A stretch of DNA of 64,000 bases from Mesotaenium endlicherianum (Eukaryota). This document shows positions 60,101 through 64,000 of this stretch, one piece after another. The stretch covers positions 11,004-75,003 of the forward strand of contig WELA01001210.1 in assembly GCA_009602735.1 (NCBI GenBank), read 5' to 3'. The position numbers and the translations under genes were made by a program. Numbering within the stretch: position 1 is the first letter of the stretch; each line of letters opens with the position of its first letter. The notes below the pieces were generated by a model. The model was not told the origin of the DNA. It was given only the letters and a program-made list of their open reading frames with translations, and ran no database searches.

Positions 60101-63004
60101 GTGCGGTGCGATGGCGCGGCGCACTAGTTGCGCGGGGGTGAGGTGTGCGTCTCATCTGGGAGGGGGAGGGGGAGGGGGAGAGAGGAGCACAGCACGGCCC
60201 AGTGCAAAACAGCACAGAGGGGAGCAGAGAGAAACACACGCACAGAGATTACAAAGGGAGGGGCGGATAGGTCGGATTAGGGGAGGAGAGAGGTGTAGAC
60301 TTGAGGAGGGGAGAGGCAGATTCCCCAGTCGGACCTTTTGTGTGATGAACATGCCCTTGCTGGTTCGAATTTCGCTGAGAGCGCCCTGCCCCGACGCCAA
60401 ATCCGTGACCAGNAGAAGTGGAGGAGCTGCTAAGAAGATTCGCATGTGTTCACGCAAAACTATATAATATAACATATATATGTGTCTGTGCGTACTAGAT
60501 ATACATAGATATATATATACATATATATATTTATATATATACATATACGTGCGTACATCTGCATAAGATGCTCATGTACGCGTATTCGAAGATGTTCGTA
60601 TATGTGTACTACAAACATGTACATGCAACACATGCGTTCAACGAGATGCCCATATACATTGCACGTATGCAACGCACTAAGATTCTCCCTCTGTTCTCCA
60701 TGTGGCAGAATTTGATGCTCTCCAGGGAGAGTCAGTGTGTTGCATCATTGGGTTGTCGTGTTGCGCCCGTCGATGTCGTCGTGTGGGTGGGGGCAAAGAG
60801 GAGGATTGGATCGTCCTCGCCACGCGAGGCTCCTATTCTGGCTATTGACTCTTGGGCATGCCGAGCGAGGGCAGCAGGCAGGGCAGGGGGAGGGGAGGAT
60901 AGAGCAGGAGAAGGGGAGGGGAGGGCAAGGTAGGGGGAGGGGAGGCAGGGGAGGGGGAGGGCCAGGCGTGCAGGTGCGCGCGCGCCTTATTGCTTGCAGG
61001 CGACAGAGGGAGCTGCAGCGATGCTTCCCTGCATGAGCTCGAAAGCAAAATGGGGTCACCGTTCCTTGTGCCGTTGGCCGGCCCTTCCTCGCCCTAGTCA
61101 CTTCATATCCTGCAGGCACCAGGAGGAGCTGTGCTGATGCCTTGCGCTTATGTCCCACTTTGTGATCGATATCATCTCACCTTCATGTTGCGCTGTCCCT
61201 TCCTTAATACACTTCCTCACTGTGAGGTGCCTTTCCAATTTCTTTGTTTTCCCTCCCTTTTCTACTATTTCCTTATATTCTCTTTGTTTACTCATCTGGG
61301 GGCGGGCAGGCAACAAGAGGAGCTGTGCGACTGTGCTGCCGGTGCAGGTGGCGCAGGGCATGCTCTTTGTGTGGGCTGATCCCGCCACCCCCGACCTCGC
61401 GCAGTCCTCCCCACTGCCCATCACTCCTGGTAAGAATGAGTGCACGCCAGTTCTCGACCCCCTCTCCCCCTTCTCCCCTCCCCCCTCACGCCCCCTACCC
61501 TTCACCTCTCCTGTGCACCCACTTTCACCCGGGACAGGTGGGTGTGTGCATGCAATCTGCTGCTGCAAGCTCCCAGGAGGGGCTGCGACAGCTCAGCAGT
61601 GGGTGCCAGCTCAGCAGGTGTGAAGTTTGTCTGCCAAAGAAGCGTTCTCGCTGCGAATTCGACAGAGAGAACTTTCCCGGGGCTCTGGAGTGATGCGTAG
61701 TCCCTTTCAAGGGCCCGACCTTGGCGTACTCTCTTTTTCCAACACACAACACACATACATACACGCACACGCACACGCACACGTATAGACACACGGCAAT
61801 GTGGCGAACTAAGGGGGCATGTTCTCTCCCCCCCNNNCCCCGGGCCCCCTTTCCACCCCCTTACTCTCGGATTAGCAAAGCATAGCAAATTAATCTGATG
61901 GAATGAGTTAACAATATATATGAAAGCTCCGGGGAGCAAAGCCGAGTTTTGGGCCATTGCCGCCAGCCCGCCGAAATGCGCGAGTAGCAGCAACAGGTGG
62001 CAGCCAGAGACCCTGGCCAGGCGCTTGCCTGCAGGCAACGGCGTGCGCACGCCCGAGCACGCGCTGCATGTGTCCTCAAGCGGATGCGCGTGCATGCCTG
62101 TGGGTCTGTGTCTGTGTCTGGTTGTGCTCGTGCTTGCGGGTGCTTGGGCCCATATCTGTGCCTGCGCACGTAAGCCCATGCTCATGCTCATGCTCATCCC
62201 TGTTCATGCTGATGCTCATGCTGATGGTCTTCTCTTCTGTGAGTGCGCGTCCGTGTGCTGCGTGTGCTTTAGCTCGCGCTCGTGCTCATGCTTGTGCCGC
62301 TTGCATGTGTTTGCGCGTGGCATGTGCTGCGAGCATGCATGTGCTGCGAGCGCGCGTGCCCATGCTCCCCCTTGTGCATGCACATGCATGTGCTGGATGC
62401 TCCCTGCCCTCATCTGCTCATCTGCGCACTCTCGTGCTCGCGCTCGTGCTCACTTGATCACGCTCACGCTCACACTCGCTTGCCCTCGCTCGCTCGCTAT
62501 CTCTCACTTGCTCATGCTCCCGTTTTCCCGCTCACCTTGCTCATCATGTTCACGTCCCCGCTCCCGCTCCCGCTCCCTTGCTCCCTGCTCCTGCTCCCCC
62601 TCCTGCTCCCAACCTGCTCCCGCTCCTGCTCCGGCTCCCGCTCCCGCTCGCGCGCCCGCTCGCGGCAGGCATGGATGACGCGGGGTGGGCGTCGGTGGGC
62701 ACCTTCCGCGACCTCGAGTACGGGTGGGACACCGGCCTAGAGAACCTGGTGGACCCCGCACACGTCTGCGTCGCGCACAGCAACGTGAACGGGGGCCTGA
62801 TGGGCACGCGCGCCGACGCGCGCCCGCTCGCGCTGGCGCTCGTGCGGCAGGGTTCCCGCGGTTTTGAGGGGCAGATGGCGAAGGCGGGCGGCGCGGCGCC
62901 CACACGGCACGTGTTTGACGCGCCCGCGCGGTTTACGTATGACTTCGAGGCGCGCTTCCAGGCGGGCGCGCGCGGGATGGTCACCACCTACTGCACTCCC
63001 CTGG
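57138..63004 (+). CDS. Plastid Rieske/mononuclear-iron oxygenase of the PAO/PTC52/TIC55 family, 3'-incomplete; exons 57138-57632, 58490-58703, 61310-61429, 62669-63004
   Basis: Transit-peptide-like N-terminus, WAQNWYPV, Rieske [19 protein letters not shown], iron motif [17 protein letters not shown] sites phase-consistent. Confidence 0.92.
58196..58489. repeat. Intronic (GT/GC/AT)n alternating purine-pyrimidine tract
   Basis: Directly visible; similar tracts at 60460-60680, 62170-62660 and 63020-63100. Confidence 0.9.
58845..59044 (-). pseudogene. rps10: Mitochondrial rps10-like 5' fragment (NUMT)
   Basis: [13 protein letters not shown] resembles the plant mitochondrial Rps10 N-terminus and lies downstream of nad7. 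Confidence 0.5.
59414..59720 (-). pseudogene. nad7: Mitochondrial nad7 3' fragment (NUMT)
   Basis: [67 protein letters not shown] stop; AT-rich codons. Confidence 0.93.
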
Positions 63005-64000
63005 GTGGGTCTTTGGGCTGAAGAGAGAGAGAGAGAGAGGGAGGGAGAGACGGAGGGAGGGAGTGAGGGAGGGAGTGCGGGAGAGTGCGCGGGAGTGACG
63101 CTCCGTTCCTCTGCCTGCCCCGCTCCCTTTTACCGGTGCATGCGCCTATGCCTGTAGCTTTCTGCGTCTGTCTGCGTCGTCCCGCTTTGTATGTACGCAC
63201 TCAGGGGCGCTGTGACCTCCTGCTCTAGTCTGGGCCACGTGAGAAAGAAAGTGCCAGGACTGACTTTCTCTCTCTCCCTCTCCCTTCCCCTCGCCCTTGT
63301 CTCGCCCTCTCCTTTCTTATGTGTATGTGTTCCTGTGTCTCGCCCTCTCCTTTTTTATGTGTCTGTGTCCCTGTGTCTGCCTGTGTCGTTAGTTTCCCTT
63401 GCAGACACACTCGTGGGCACGCCGCCTGCTGCACTCTCCTAATTAGGCGGATGACAGTTTTCCCTTCCTCGCCACCGCCCTCTTTCTGTCTCTTCCCGTG
63501 TCCATGTTTGTCCTTGGCTTTGCACTCCCCACTGCTGTGAATCAAGTCTCTATTTTCTGCTACTCTCACTCACTCTCTCTCTTTCCCTGTGTATCCCTCT
63601 CTGCTACACGCACACACACACACGTACCGCTCCCTGCACCTCCCTCCGGTGAGCCATGCTCTCTTTCTCGGTCTGTATGCTCGTGCTCGTGCGTGCGTGC
63701 TCGTGTTTTTGTGTTGTCTGGTTGTCTCTTTTCTTCACACATCTGCATGCCACTCAAAAGCACCTCCCTGAGTGACCCCCTCTTGTCTTTCTTCACCTCT
63801 CTTTCTTCACACGCTCTTCATCAAATCCCGCTTCTGCTGAGCACGTTCTGGCCATTCTCAGCTCGCAGCGCGCAGCGCGCAGCGCGGCCGACTGGAGAGT
63901 CGAACTCAACCCAGACCCCAGATCCCAGGCTTGAAACTTGGACCTTAGACCTGAAACTTCAACCCTGTGAAGAAATCTTGGAGAGCTGGGCGGCAGCCTC

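Noticed and set aside
58064..63796. Many Cys/Val/His/Pro-rich ORFs
   Set aside because: Translations of intronic microsatellites; only the four Rieske exons carry real motifs.

Overview
Eukaryotic nuclear DNA, probably from a green plant or streptophyte alga (inferred from GC-rich spliced exons, plastid-type genes and a plant-type tRNA-iMet PBS). About 70% of the window is two nested clusters (1-22.3 kb and 30-55 kb) of LTR retrotransposons. They are dominated by one chromodomain-bearing Ty3/gypsy family with ~710-746 bp LTRs, of which one copy is fully intact (1760-10606, TSD GGTCT). This family carries an unexpected third, sense-strand ORF of ~560 aa between pol and the PPT. It occurs in two strongly diverged versions (A and B) on near-identical gag-pol/LTR backbones, and both versions are preceded by a branch point and a CAG|G-ATG splice acceptor. 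Gag and pol overlap at a -1 frameshift signal (T TTA AAA plus stem-loop) that recurs in a second, distinct gypsy family. Host genes are a 3-exon clavaminate-synthase-like 2OG/Fe dioxygenase (24002-26553, one GC-AG intron) and a PAO/TIC55/PTC52-type Rieske oxygenase (57138 to beyond the window end). Intron 2 of the latter contains a mitochondrial nad7-rps10 insertion. All calls were made by eye, and several N gaps limit element pairing.
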